Below, one piece after another: positions 49,272-59,337 of a DNA stretch of 64,000 nucleotides. Numbering within the stretch: the first letter of the stretch is position 1; each line of letters starts with the position of its first letter. Made by a program: the position numbers and the translations under genes. The stretch is from Spirochaetota bacterium (GTDB lineage: Bacteria; Spirochaetota; UBA4802; UBA5550). The notes under the pieces were generated by a model, which did not search any database, was not told the origin of the DNA, and saw nothing but the letters and a program-made list of their open reading frames with translations. The stretch is taken from the NCBI GenBank assembly GCA_029564515.1, contig JAKQPV010000087.1, positions 106,849-170,848 on the forward strand. The letters are read 5' to 3'.

Positions 49272-50858
49272 CTAGAAGCTGATGTTGAAACCGGCCATCA
49301 CGAAATGCCGGTATGCCCGGGACGAAAAGCTCGGCGACGGCGTGATGCTGGCCGGAGACAGCGTGTATTGCCACTTGATGCTGTAACCGAATGCATCGCC
49401 CGGTATGAACAGGCCGTAGTTCGTGAAAAATGAAAAATCGGAAAAGATCTGCCACCTGAGCGAGGCGTCCAGGCCGTGCCCTACCTCGCGCTCAAACTTG
49501 GTCGCGTCAAGCCCGTTGTTGATTGCCGCCTCCGCGCGGTGCTTCATGTAATAGAGGTAGCGGGCGATCAGCGTCATGTTCTTCACCGAATAGATCTTCG
49601 ACCATGATAAAGGCGATACCGCCGCGCTTGCGGATATCACGTGCAGGTTGCCCAGGCTCGGCTTGAGGCCATATCCTCCCACGAAGGTGCCGAAATAGAT
49701 AAAACCGCTGTCCTTGCCGAACCGGTTGCCGGTCGGCAGGCGGTAATCATCGCGGTTCGGGTCGCCTGATCCGAATGCGTATTCTGCCGTGAAGACCGGC
49801 TTCAGGAGCACGTTGAGGTAATATTCGATCTTTGCCATCCCGGCGAACGCCATGATGTCCTTCTTCGAGCGAATGTTGCTCATGAGCGGATCGTAGGTGT
49901 AGCTTTTGCCGGTTTCGGCTATGAACTCGCCGGAATACGTAAGCCCGCTCGTGATGACACCCTCCAGGCCCGCGCCGTAATACTGGGACTCGTACCGCGT
50001 CCTGGTGTTGTAATATTGCGCGCCGTCGGCATTGCCCCCGGCGAGGAAGAAGAGGAAGTTATTGTAATTGTACTGCTCCTTGCCGAAATCGAATTGCGCG
50101 AGCCCGAACGCGTACAGGGTCTGGTTGAACCAGGAGGTCGAGAGGGTACCGCCCGCGAACACCCGCTTTGCGCCGGTGGTAATGTCCCGGTCGGAGAGCC
50201 CGTAGGGATTGTCGTCCTTGGCCAGCCATCCGGTCCACGCGCCCAGGGCTTTTATGTTGATATATTTCGTGTTCACGCCGAGCTCGACGCCGTCGCCGCG
50301 GCCGTTCATGACCATGCCGTTCCCGATGAGGAAGTATTTGCGGCCTATCGAGGCGGTGAACTCCTTCCGCGGCGTGGCCATGTCGATGTATCCCAGGTCG
50401 AGATCGATGACATTCTTGTCCTTAGCTCTACTGGTGCCAAGGTACGTTATGGCCGCGGAGGAGGGGTCGCCGGCCAGCAGGTACAGTAAGCTGTTGCGTT
50501 TCTTTTTCTTCTTCTCCTCGGCCGACGCGTTCTTGTCATAGATCACCGCGGTGTAGGTGTCCTTGCCCCTCACATAAAGGAAGCTGTCCTGCCAGAGATA
50601 GGTTTTCATCCAGGCGCGGAAGGTGGTGATGGAGGTGACCAGCTCGCTGCCCGGCGTGTCCTGGTAGATGATGACCGGGGTGATCCATGCCCCGTACTGG
50701 AACCCGCTGGAAATCATGTCCTTCCTGCTCTGGAGGGAGCGCATGTCCTCGTCGCCCTTCATTATCGGGTAATACGGGTCCGCCGGCGCCGCGAATGCCG
50801 CGTGCGCGAACCCGGCCAGGACCGCCAGCATCAGAAGTATGATCGGTATCCGTTTCAT
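49272..50858 (-). CDS. Outer-membrane beta-barrel protein (hypothetical)
   Basis: Has a signal peptide, alternating amphipathic strands and a C-terminal aromatic residue (..NISF). Confidence 0.55.
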   Translation of the reverse strand: MKRIPIILLMLAVLAGFAHAAFAAPADPYYPIMKGDEDMRSLQSRKDMISSGFQYGAWITPVIIYQDTPGSELVTSITTFRAWMKTYLWQDSFLYVRGKDTYTAVIYDKNASAEEKKKKKRNSLLYLLAGDPSSAAITYLGTSRAKDKNVIDLDLGYIDMATPRKEFTASIGRKYFLIGNGMVMNGRGDGVELGVNTKYINIKALGAWTGWLAKDDNPYGLSDRDITTGAKRVFAGGTLSTSWFNQTLYAFGLAQFDFGKEQYNYNNFLFFLAGGNADGAQYYNTRTRYESQYYGAGLEGVITSGLTYSGEFIAETGKSYTYDPLMSNIRSKKDIMAFAGMAKIEYYLNVLLKPVFTAEYAFGSGDPNRDDYRLPTGNRFGKDSGFIYFGTFVGGYGLKPSLGNLHVISASAAVSPLSWSKIYSVKNMTLIARYLYYMKHRAEAAINNGLDATKFEREVGHGLDASLRWQIFSDFSFFTNYGLFIPGDAFGYSIKWQYTLSPASITPSPSFSSRAYRHFVMAGFNISF

Positions 50859-51301
50859 TTTGTGCCCTCCATGCGCTCCGAAACTATCGCCATGACCTCG
50901 AGGAGCTCATCACCCGTGAGCTTGTCCAGCTCGCTGGTGTTCGCGTCCATGATTTTTTCGGCGACGCATGCCCGGTGGGCGTATCGCTCCGTGTCGAACA
51001 TCAGGTAGAGGAGCGATCCCTTGAGCTTCAGGTGGCGCGCCACGATCAGCGCCAGCATGCCGCGGCGAAGCGGCTTCTGCTCATTGTATTTTTTCGCTTT
51101 CAGCAGCTTAAGGGCCTTGAGCGCCTGCACGTTTGCGTCAAACCCCGCCGGGGCCCTGCCCAGCGTGTACAGGTACATCTTGATCCCTTCGCCGAACGTG
51201 ACAACCTTCTTGCCCGAGAGCTCATTTATGAAATTGATTTCCTGTCCGAACCCGGCGGTGCAGACCATGAGTAATACTAATACTATAGCGCAGCGTCTCA
51301 T
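50855..51301 (-). CDS. Secreted hypothetical protein
   Basis: The start is set at MRRCAIV, which carries a signal peptide. It overlaps the OMP gene start by 4 nt. Confidence 0.45.
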   Translation of the reverse strand: MRRCAIVLVLLMVCTAGFGQEINFINELSGKKVVTFGEGIKMYLYTLGRAPAGFDANVQALKALKLLKAKKYNEQKPLRRGMLALIVARHLKLKGSLLYLMFDTERYAHRACVAEKIMDANTSELDKLTGDELLEVMAIVSERMEGTK

Positions 51302-51462
51302 GAAGACCCCCCATAAAAAAGTAGCTTTGTTTATAACCGGCACGCCGTTGCTCCGGGGAGACGGCGTGCCGAAAAATTTTTTATTGGTACTATGACGGGC
51401 GCAGGCCGTGCGAAGGCCGGCGCTCCATGTTTACCGCCGCGGCCCCTGCGGCCGCGGGACCG

Positions 51463-52191
51463 TCAGTCAGGCCAGATAAGGTATATCGATACCGGCACTT
51501 TCTGTAACTGGTCCTGGTTGCCGGTCGTGCCCTGGTCATAGAACAGGAAATCGTCCCCGAACAGCTCCAGAGCCTTTTCCTCGTCCACGCTGACGAAGAG
51601 CGAATGGGTCTTGGAGATGAAGTCCTCCATGCCCGACATGACGCTCTCCGACCCGCCCTTGTTCATCTTCTGCCAGAACTGGAGGTTCCCGAAGATCAGG
51701 TTCGAGCCGCCATTCATGCCGCTCCCCTCGACGGTGCCGCTCAGAACGAATACCCGCATGCCGAAGGTCGGGCTGTACACCACGATCTGCTCGGTGCCGC
51801 GCACCGAGGAGGTGGCAACCGGCGTCGAGACCTTGAACACGGTCTTGATGCGGGCGTCCTTCGCCACTTTGGTCCGGACCGACCCGCGCCGCAGGCCGAG
51901 CTGCGTGTTGGAGCTGGAGGCCGTATCGGCGCTCTGGCTGATCTTCATGATGGTGAGGGGCTGTACGGTCACTGTATGGTTGTTGATCCTGATCTCCACC
52001 GTGGAGCGCACGCCGGTGCTCACCTTGGTGCCGACCGCCAGCGCCGTGCCGTTCTGGAGGGGCGTCCACTGGTTCCCGGTTTTATATGCGGCGGTTCCTT
52101 TCACGGAAATGACCCTGATCTCGGCAAAGGAAGGGCCGGCAAACAGAATAAGCGCGACAAGTGCGCTTAGGAATACAAAATAACTTCTCAT
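51463..52191 (-). CDS. FecR domain-containing protein
   Basis: Has a signal peptide and a FecR-like beta domain. The start is set at MRSYFV, 5 nt after an AGGAGGA RBS. Confidence 0.6.
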   Translation of the reverse strand: MRSYFVFLSALVALILFAGPSFAEIRVISVKGTAAYKTGNQWTPLQNGTALAVGTKVSTGVRSTVEIRINNHTVTVQPLTIMKISQSADTASSSNTQLGLRRGSVRTKVAKDARIKTVFKVSTPVATSSVRGTEQIVVYSPTFGMRVFVLSGTVEGSGMNGGSNLIFGNLQFWQKMNKGGSESVMSGMEDFISKTHSLFVSVDEEKALELFGDDFLFYDQGTTGNQDQLQKVPVSIYLIWPD

Positions 52192-52715
52192 GACATCCTC
52201 CTGGCAGGCGGCTGGTAATTGCACCTGTTTATACTTGTGTATAATTTAATGCAATTCATTTTTCATGCCGCCCGGTCAATTAATTAGCCTGCCTGCTTAT
52301 TCCCTGATTATCACCGGTTTCTCCCTTTTTTGAATCGGGATTGGCCTGGATAACGCACCTTTCAAGCTACAGGTCCTTGTATTAATATATCAGAAATCAA
52401 GAAAGGGGCAAAAAAAGATCATAGTATTTCCTTCATTATAGGATTTTTATGCAGAATTGTGGAGAGCCTGATGAATAGCATGTTTATGGCAGAGATATGG
52501 CATATAGAAAACTAACGGCAGTGATCCGAATTTAAAAACCGCCTGTCCGTGTTCTTTTATGAACCAGCTGAAAAAATTATATTAATTATTATCATGAAAA
52601 AAGTTTGCCTATTTCAAGCAGGTTAATATTATATATAGAATCCTGAACAGCGGGCAATTAAGCCCATCATGCCGAAAAAAATAGAGGCGTTCAAACAAAA
52701 CCCGGGGGAGTTCCA

Positions 52716-54020
52716 ATGAAAAGAATACTCAACCTGACCATAGTTTTATCCCTGCTCGCGGGGGCATCACTCTTCTCGTGCGCGGATTCTGAATCGAGAT
52801 CGTCACTGGTTGGCGATGCGACGGTTATCATCAACCTGGGCCTGCCGCCTGACAACGAGACTGCAAGCATCTCGATCATTGACCGCGTGCTCCGCTTCTT
52901 TTCGAGCGAGGCCGTAGCCGCACCCGCGCCTGCCGTGTTCAGCACAATCAGCATCCGTGTTACCGGCGACGGAATAGGCTCTATAGCAAAAGACTTCCCA
53001 CCCACCAGCATCATTTCCATGACCGTGCCGGGCGGGGGCCTGCGTACCTTTGATGTGACTGCGCTGGTTGGCGATACAAGTGCGGTCATTAAATTCCATG
53101 GCTCATCTTCTGCGAACGTGCCTTCAGGTGGGACGGTGAGTATTCCGGTTCTCATGTCAATTCAAGAGACAAACCTGGTAATTCCGGATTATTACAACCA
53201 GCGGCTGGTCATGATGAGTGCCGTCAATGGATTGAACACTTTAACCAGAAACGCGGCCCAGATATTCGGAGGAGCCAGAACATTAAATCCCTGGGACGTG
53301 GATATCGACGCGCGCGGCAGGATTTATTTTTCCAATCCATCCGCAACAGCCTCCGGCGGCATATACCGCATGGACAACATGGACAGCACCTGGGCGGCTG
53401 GGACTTGCGAACAGATGGTAACCGTCGCATCAGGTGTATATTACATTGCTATAGACAGAAAAAGAAATTTTCTTTATTACATCGATGAAGCCGGCAACAA
53501 CACTCTTATGCGTTATAACCTTGCCACCGATTCGCCACAGACGTTATATTCGGGTATTCTTTCACTCCAACCGTTAAGAGTCTGCGTGGATGAAGATACG
53601 GGTTATCTATATGTCGGTTATTTCTCAAGTGGAACGACATCTTTCTATGCCATTCGCAGGTTTGATCCAGATACCACCAGCTGGCTCGGCTCCGCATCGG
53701 TGCGGACACCTTTGCCTTTTGACATGACCGTGCATGAGGGATATCTGTACGAATCCTATATTGGGGCTACTCGCATCAACCAGGTGTCTCTCGAATTTCT
53801 GACAACGATAAACTTTTTAACAGGCGCCCCTGCCCCACTGTCCGATCCTTTTATAGGCCCGACATTGTTCATCGCCCTTACAAACAGGAAGCTGTTTGTT
53901 CTTGATGACTCAGCGTTTGTCGATCCGGATGATCGTGTCGTATCTATTGATGACATCGACGGATCCGGGTGGGAAACAACCGAAACGCCGGGCACGTTCA
54001 GGTTTTACTACATGTGCTGA
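52716..54020 (+). CDS. Paralogous surface lipoprotein 1 (NHL/beta-propeller-like repeats)
   Basis: Lipobox LFSCADSESR, a conserved N-terminal domain, D.D.RGRIY-type repeats and a C-terminal FRFYYMC. Confidence 0.75.
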   Translation: MKRILNLTIVLSLLAGASLFSCADSESRSSLVGDATVIINLGLPPDNETASISIIDRVLRFFSSEAVAAPAPAVFSTISIRVTGDGIGSIAKDFPPTSIISMTVPGGGLRTFDVTALVGDTSAVIKFHGSSSANVPSGGTVSIPVLMSIQETNLVIPDYYNQRLVMMSAVNGLNTLTRNAAQIFGGARTLNPWDVDIDARGRIYFSNPSATASGGIYRMDNMDSTWAAGTCEQMVTVASGVYYIAIDRKRNFLYYIDEAGNNTLMRYNLATDSPQTLYSGILSLQPLRVCVDEDTGYLYVGYFSSGTTSFYAIRRFDPDTTSWLGSASVRTPLPFDMTVHEGYLYESYIGATRINQVSLEFLTTINFLTGAPAPLSDPFIGPTLFIALTNRKLFVLDDSAFVDPDDRVVSIDDIDGSGWETTETPGTFRFYYMC

Positions 54021-54022
54021 GC

Positions 54023-54901
54023 ATGAAGGTCGTCTTCTATACATCCGGCACGACCGGGTCGGGCCGGATGGTGCGGGGGATCGCGGTCGGCACCGCGATC
54101 GCGCGCAGCGGCCTGCCCTGGGACTACACGATCGTGAACAGCTCGCCTTTCGCGCACCTGGCGGACGTCCTGGGCCAGAAACACATCGAGATCCCACCCG
54201 AGCACGAGGACCTGCTCCGGCGGGATACTTTTCGCGATTCCGTCTTATATAATACCCTCGACGCGCTGAAACCGGACGTACTGATTGTGGACCTGCTCTG
54301 GTTCCCGCTCGACAGCTTCATACGCGACCTCCCGTGCAAAAAGGTGTTCCTGTGCCACTACGTGGTAGACTCGTTCTTCGCCGCCCCGCTCAGGGAGCGG
54401 ACCATCTATTTCCGGCCCGATGACTATGACCGGATTCTCGCCATCGAGCCGTTCCGGAACAGGATACCCTTCGACGAGATCAATCCCGTTGTCATACGCG
54501 ACAGGGACGAGATCCTGCCCCGGGAACAGGCCTGTGCCAGGCTGGAACTTGACGGCGCGGGAAAGAACTGCCTGTACGCCTTCAACGGCAACCCGGGCGA
54601 TTTCGAAAAGAACAAAGAAAAGTACGCCCATCTCGAGGACGAGGGTTATTCCATGGTGTACACCACTAATTACAAGGCCGGGTTGTTCCCTGTCGTGGAT
54701 TACTTCAACGCCTTTGACCTTGTTATATGCGCAGCGGGCTACAACCAGTTCTGGGAAACAAAATACTTCGGCAAAAAAGCCCTGTATGAAACCATACAGG
54801 GCAATTTCAGCAGCCAGGAAAAGCGGATAAAAATGGGACGCCGTTTCAAGTTTGAAGCCAACGGCGCAGACCAGCTGGTGGAGATAATCAGGAATCTGTG
54901 A
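54023..54901 (+). CDS. MurG/PseG-like GT-B-fold glycosyltransferase-like protein (paralog A)
   Basis: The ATG lies 2 nt after the lipoprotein stop. The N-terminal Gly-rich loop FYTSGTTGSGR and the C-terminal DLVICAAGYNQFWE resemble GT28-family proteins. Confidence 0.5.
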   Translation: MKVVFYTSGTTGSGRMVRGIAVGTAIARSGLPWDYTIVNSSPFAHLADVLGQKHIEIPPEHEDLLRRDTFRDSVLYNTLDALKPDVLIVDLLWFPLDSFIRDLPCKKVFLCHYVVDSFFAAPLRERTIYFRPDDYDRILAIEPFRNRIPFDEINPVVIRDRDEILPREQACARLELDGAGKNCLYAFNGNPGDFEKNKEKYAHLEDEGYSMVYTTNYKAGLFPVVDYFNAFDLVICAAGYNQFWETKYFGKKALYETIQGNFSSQEKRIKMGRRFKFEANGADQLVEIIRNL

Positions 54902-55204
54902 GCATCACGCTGTGCGGCAATCGGAACGATCTGCACCACCCTCCGCCGTATGGCACAGGAATGCGATATCGCGTAACACCATCCACGAAAACAACCCGTG
55001 CAGGTTTTTTTTAAAGTGTAAAACCGGGCCGGGAATCGGAAAAAAATAACTCAGCTGAAAAATTATTGCTTGTTGCGACCCGTTTTTTAATATATATGAT
55101 GGATGTGTTGCACAACTGCCTGTCATAACTGGTTACGAAGCATGTGCATATACAAAACGGTGTGCAAAAAAAATAATACACGCCGGAACAACCGGGGGGT
55201 TTGA

Positions 55205-56590
55205 ATGAAAAAAATATTTAATCTGGTCATGGCAATTTTCATGCTTGCCGGGATGTCGCTACTCTCGTGCGCGGATGACGAATCAAGGCCGTCCCTTGCC
55301 GGCGACGCCACGGTCATCATCAACCTGGGCCTGCCGCCCGAATACGAAACTGTAAACGCGTCGATCATCGACCGGGTGTTACGCTTTTTCACCAGAGATG
55401 CGGTTGCCGCACCGGCGCCGGCCGCATTCGGCAACATCAGCATCCGCGTTACCGGCAACGGCATCGGCTCGATCGCCAAAGATTTCCCGTCCACAGGCGT
55501 CATTTCCATGACCGTGCCGGGAGGGGGCCCTAGGACGTTTGAAGTAACCGCTATTATTGCTCCGGGCGATCCGAGTGCCATATTTTCCTTCTATGGCTCC
55601 ACCATAGCAAATGTACCTTCTGGTGGAACGGTTAACATACCGATCCTCATGAGTCTTAATGAAACGAAGCTCCTGGTGCCGGACCGGAGAAACAACCGGC
55701 TGGTTCTTCTCGATAATCTAAGCTTGGCCGGCTGGAACACAACAATAACCACATCAGAACTGGGGGCCATCACTGGCGGTTTCTATCCGCATGATATTGA
55801 CTACGATTCACGGGGGAGAATATATATAGCCAACTGGGTCAGCTCCGGCACTGACATCATCAGGATGGACGACCTCAATGGGTCCAACCTCAGACAATTT
55901 GACATTAATTTTGCAGGCGTTTTCAATCTTACCAATGTCATTGGTGTCGCCATTGACCGTTCTCGTGACATCCTCTATTGTATCTCTTCGACTGAACTGT
56001 TTAAAGTTCCCCTGGCCAGCATAGAAAACAATAACATGGTTGGCGTTGTGAGACTTGACAACCCTTCCGACGCAATTTCAAGCAACCTGTATGGAATAGA
56101 CGTGGACGAAGACGGCTTTCCTTACATTGTCAATGGCCTTACGGGCAACTGGCGGATTACAAAATACAATCCCGATCTTTCCACGGCCGGTATTATGTAT
56201 CAGCTGGCGTTCCCGAGCCTCAATTGGGGATATGACATCAAGATTGAAAAACCATATATATACGTATTGAATTCAAGCGGCGCTGCCGATTATCAGGTAC
56301 TTAAATATCATATCGATTACGAGTCACCCCCCACCGCGACCTATTCCCTTGTCGATCATTTCGGCACCAACACGACAACAGCAAACCTTGCTGACGGCAT
56401 GTTCTATGGGCCGCGCAAGTTCGTGGGCATCCGCAACGACGGGCTCTTTATCATTAACAACAAAGAAACAGTTACCTGCCTGTGCAAGATGATCCGGCTT
56501 GGCACCCTGCCGTCGCTGGGATCGGGATGGTCCGCGTTCGGAGCGCACGGCGGCGGGGCCGGCCAATTCAGATTCTACAGCAATTGCTAG
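55205..56590 (+). CDS. Paralogous surface lipoprotein 2
   Basis: Lipobox LLSCADDESR. Long near-identical stretches are shared with lipoprotein 1. The C-terminus is FRFYSNC. Confidence 0.75.
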   Translation: MKKIFNLVMAIFMLAGMSLLSCADDESRPSLAGDATVIINLGLPPEYETVNASIIDRVLRFFTRDAVAAPAPAAFGNISIRVTGNGIGSIAKDFPSTGVISMTVPGGGPRTFEVTAIIAPGDPSAIFSFYGSTIANVPSGGTVNIPILMSLNETKLLVPDRRNNRLVLLDNLSLAGWNTTITTSELGAITGGFYPHDIDYDSRGRIYIANWVSSGTDIIRMDDLNGSNLRQFDINFAGVFNLTNVIGVAIDRSRDILYCISSTELFKVPLASIENNNMVGVVRLDNPSDAISSNLYGIDVDEDGFPYIVNGLTGNWRITKYNPDLSTAGIMYQLAFPSLNWGYDIKIEKPYIYVLNSSGAADYQVLKYHIDYESPPTATYSLVDHFGTNTTTANLADGMFYGPRKFVGIRNDGLFIINNKETVTCLCKMIRLGTLPSLGSGWSAFGAHGGGAGQFRFYSNC

Positions 56591-56591
56591 C

Positions 56592-57467
56592 GTGCGCGTC
56601 GTATTCTACACATCCTCCACCAGCGGCGTGGGCCGTCTGGTGACCGGCATGTCGATCGGGAACGCCCTTCAACGCAGGGGCGTTCCCTGCAAGTATACCA
56701 TCGTGCATTCCTCGCCCATGGGCCATCTGGCCGAGGACTTCGCCACCGTGCGCGTACCGGTGGAGACCGAGGAGGAGCTGTCACCCGCCCGGTCCCGTAA
56801 ATCGGTCCTGTTCAAGACCCTGTCGAAGCTTAAGCCGGACGTGCTGCTGGTGAACCACACCTGGTTCATGGTGCACAGCTTCATCGCCGGGCTGCCCGGG
56901 AAAAAACTCTACCTTTCGGACCAGGCGTTTGACGGCCATTTCCGCGTGCCCCTGCCGTCGGGCGAGCTCGTGTTCGACCCGGGCCGGTACGACCGGGTCA
57001 TCGCGATCGAGCCCTTTGATAGCGCGGTCCCCATGGAGCGCATCAACCCGCTCGTGCTCAGGAACCGGGATGAAATCCTGCCCCGCGAAAAGGCGCTGAA
57101 GCGCCTTGGACTCGACGGCTCAAAGCCGGTGGCTCTCTACAGCCTGAGCGGCAGGCCGGAATACTTCGACCAGTTCAGGGAGAAGTACTCGTACCTTGAG
57201 GGAGAGGGCTATGACGTGGTCTACACCGGCACCTGGAGCAGCAGCTGGATATTCCCGGCGGTGGACTATTTCAACGCAATAGACCTGATCGTGTGCGGCG
57301 CCGGGTACAACCAGGTGTGGGAGGCGAACTTCTTCGCCAAGAAGGCGCTTTTTGAGCTGCTCGATGTCCATTTCAGCGACCAGCGGCTCAGGCTGAGCGC
57401 AAGCGAAAATTTTCACTTTGACATCAACGGCGCGGACCAGCTCGCGGATATTATCATCGGTATATGA
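56592..57467 (+). CDS. MurG/PseG-like GT-B-fold glycosyltransferase-like protein (paralog B)
   Basis: A GTG start lies 1 nt after the lipoprotein 2 stop, giving VRVVFYTSSTSGVGR. It is about 50% identical to paralog A. The listed ORF 56499.. is an in-frame upstream extension. Confidence 0.5.
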   Translation: MRVVFYTSSTSGVGRLVTGMSIGNALQRRGVPCKYTIVHSSPMGHLAEDFATVRVPVETEEELSPARSRKSVLFKTLSKLKPDVLLVNHTWFMVHSFIAGLPGKKLYLSDQAFDGHFRVPLPSGELVFDPGRYDRVIAIEPFDSAVPMERINPLVLRNRDEILPREKALKRLGLDGSKPVALYSLSGRPEYFDQFREKYSYLEGEGYDVVYTGTWSSSWIFPAVDYFNAIDLIVCGAGYNQVWEANFFAKKALFELLDVHFSDQRLRLSASENFHFDINGADQLADIIIGI

Positions 57468-57688
57468 CGACCGTCCGGATGGTTTACGCCGTCCACTGCC
57501 TGACGAACTTTTTCAGCTTTGATTTAATATGAACATAAATTAATTCCCGCATTCCCGGAAATTCCGTAAAAAAATTTGATCCCTCCAGAAATTAAAGTAT
57601 TTTAGTATAAGCTCTAATTATAGATCGAGCTTTTCGTAGCATGCCTGCCGGCTGACTGAAGGCGGGCCGCTTATCTGGAGGCAATGAA

Positions 57689-59020
57689 ATGAAACGAAAA
57701 TTTTCTTTGTTAATAATACCCGTCCTCGCTGCGGCGACTCTCTATTCCTGCGCCGATTCGGAATCCAGGATCCCGGTAGCGGGAAACGCACGGGTTATCA
57801 TTGACCTGGGCCTGTCGCCTGATCAGCAGACCCAACAGGTCTCATTCCTGGACCGGGCGCTCCGCCTGTTCTCGCGCGAGGCCGTAGCCGCCGAGACCGC
57901 GCCCGCAAGCTTCAGCGCCATAACAGTCAGAGTCACCGCTCCCGACATCGGTTTTATAGAAGAGACGTTCCCTCCATCCGGGACAGTGTCGATGAACGTG
58001 CCGGCGGGATCGCTGCGCACCTTCGAGGTTACGGCGCTCGTTTCTCCGTATAATTCGGACCTGCCGCCGACCTGGACGGCCGCGGAATCGTTCCGGGGCG
58101 TCACCCGGGCAAACCTGCCCTCCGGGTCCACGGTAAGCGTCCCGGTGCTCATGAAGCTCGAAACGACCAAGATCATCGTACCCGATTACTATCAGAACCG
58201 TATTGCGTTCCTGACTGACATGAGCGACAGCCCGAACTCCCTGACGGCCGCTGACTACAGCGGCGACTGGGTCTCCATAACGCAGCCGAGGGACGTCGAT
58301 TTCGATGCGCGGGGACGGATCTATTTCGTGTACCAGTACGGCCTCTCGCGCTGTGACGACCTGGGCGGCAGCGGCGGGGTTTCGCTGTATTACTCTACCA
58401 CCCTTGTTGCCGCGGCCGTTGACCGGACCAGGGATCTCGTGTATTTCACCGACGGCTCCACGGTGTTTCGGCGGAATCTGGACGGCTCACTTCCCGGGTC
58501 ATTGCCCGATACGGTTAATACCGGCGGTTACCTGACGGGCATACTGGGCCTGGATGTGGCGCCGGACGGCGATGTACTTGTATCGGCGCTTGACCTGTAC
58601 ACGTATAACAACGGCTTTTTCAGGCTGGACGGCAGCGAGTCGAACGGCGGGATAAAAGGCTCTTTCACCGACACGCAGTTCATTTCAGGGATGGTGCCGG
58701 ACATCATGGTACAAGGCATCTCCGTCTTTGTTCTAAACCCGTATCCTCCCAACCAGCCGTACAGCATGAACCTGATGCAGTTCGTGGCGGGTCCGGGCGG
58801 GAGCTTCTCCCTGGTAAGTGACGGTCCGCTCCCCTCAAACGGCTCTTTTGCCAATGCCGGGCATTTTTCCTCAATCAGAAATGACGGCCTGATAATCATG
58901 GATAAAATATTCGGAACTCCTGACAGCAAAATCATTTTCATGCGGGACGTGAGAGGCAACGGCTGGATCGAGACGTCCGACACGACGCTTCAATTTTACG
59001 ATTACGCGCAGGGTGGATAA
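57689..59020 (+). CDS. Paralogous surface lipoprotein 3
   Basis: Lipobox LYSCADSESR, a conserved N-terminal domain and a C-terminal LQFYDYAQGG. Confidence 0.75.
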   Translation: MKRKFSLLIIPVLAAATLYSCADSESRIPVAGNARVIIDLGLSPDQQTQQVSFLDRALRLFSREAVAAETAPASFSAITVRVTAPDIGFIEETFPPSGTVSMNVPAGSLRTFEVTALVSPYNSDLPPTWTAAESFRGVTRANLPSGSTVSVPVLMKLETTKIIVPDYYQNRIAFLTDMSDSPNSLTAADYSGDWVSITQPRDVDFDARGRIYFVYQYGLSRCDDLGGSGGVSLYYSTTLVAAAVDRTRDLVYFTDGSTVFRRNLDGSLPGSLPDTVNTGGYLTGILGLDVAPDGDVLVSALDLYTYNNGFFRLDGSESNGGIKGSFTDTQFISGMVPDIMVQGISVFVLNPYPPNQPYSMNLMQFVAGPGGSFSLVSDGPLPSNGSFANAGHFSSIRNDGLIIMDKIFGTPDSKIIFMRDVRGNGWIETSDTTLQFYDYAQGG

Positions 59021-59050
59021 TGCCCGTTTGCGGGCATTATCCTTTTTTTT
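59019..59050 (+). terminator. Rho-independent terminator
   Basis: atgcccg-tttg-cgggcat followed by T8. Confidence 0.7.
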
Positions 59051-59337
59051 ACAATTCTGTACGAACATCGGCCATAAACCGGCCTTCATAATTTTTTTTA
59101 TAATTCAATAATGACAATGCTGTATTCATGCAAAATTGACCCGATTTTTCACCTAAATTGAATTTCAACCTCATACGAAATCCAAAAAATAAGTTTACAT
59201 AATTATCCGCTTTATAGATATTATCATTTTAAATACGACTGTGCGGGTTTTTTTACCAGCCGGTCGCAACCTGTTCCAGAACACCGATACAGGGCTTGTA
59301 TATCGCGGTTACGTCTGAAAGTCATAGAGGAACCCAC

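Noticed and set aside
52691-53155. 154-aa minus-strand ORF, with its twin 55123..55581
   Set aside because: They are antisense to the conserved N-terminal region of lipoprotein genes 1 and 2. They appear twice only because the sense sequence is duplicated.
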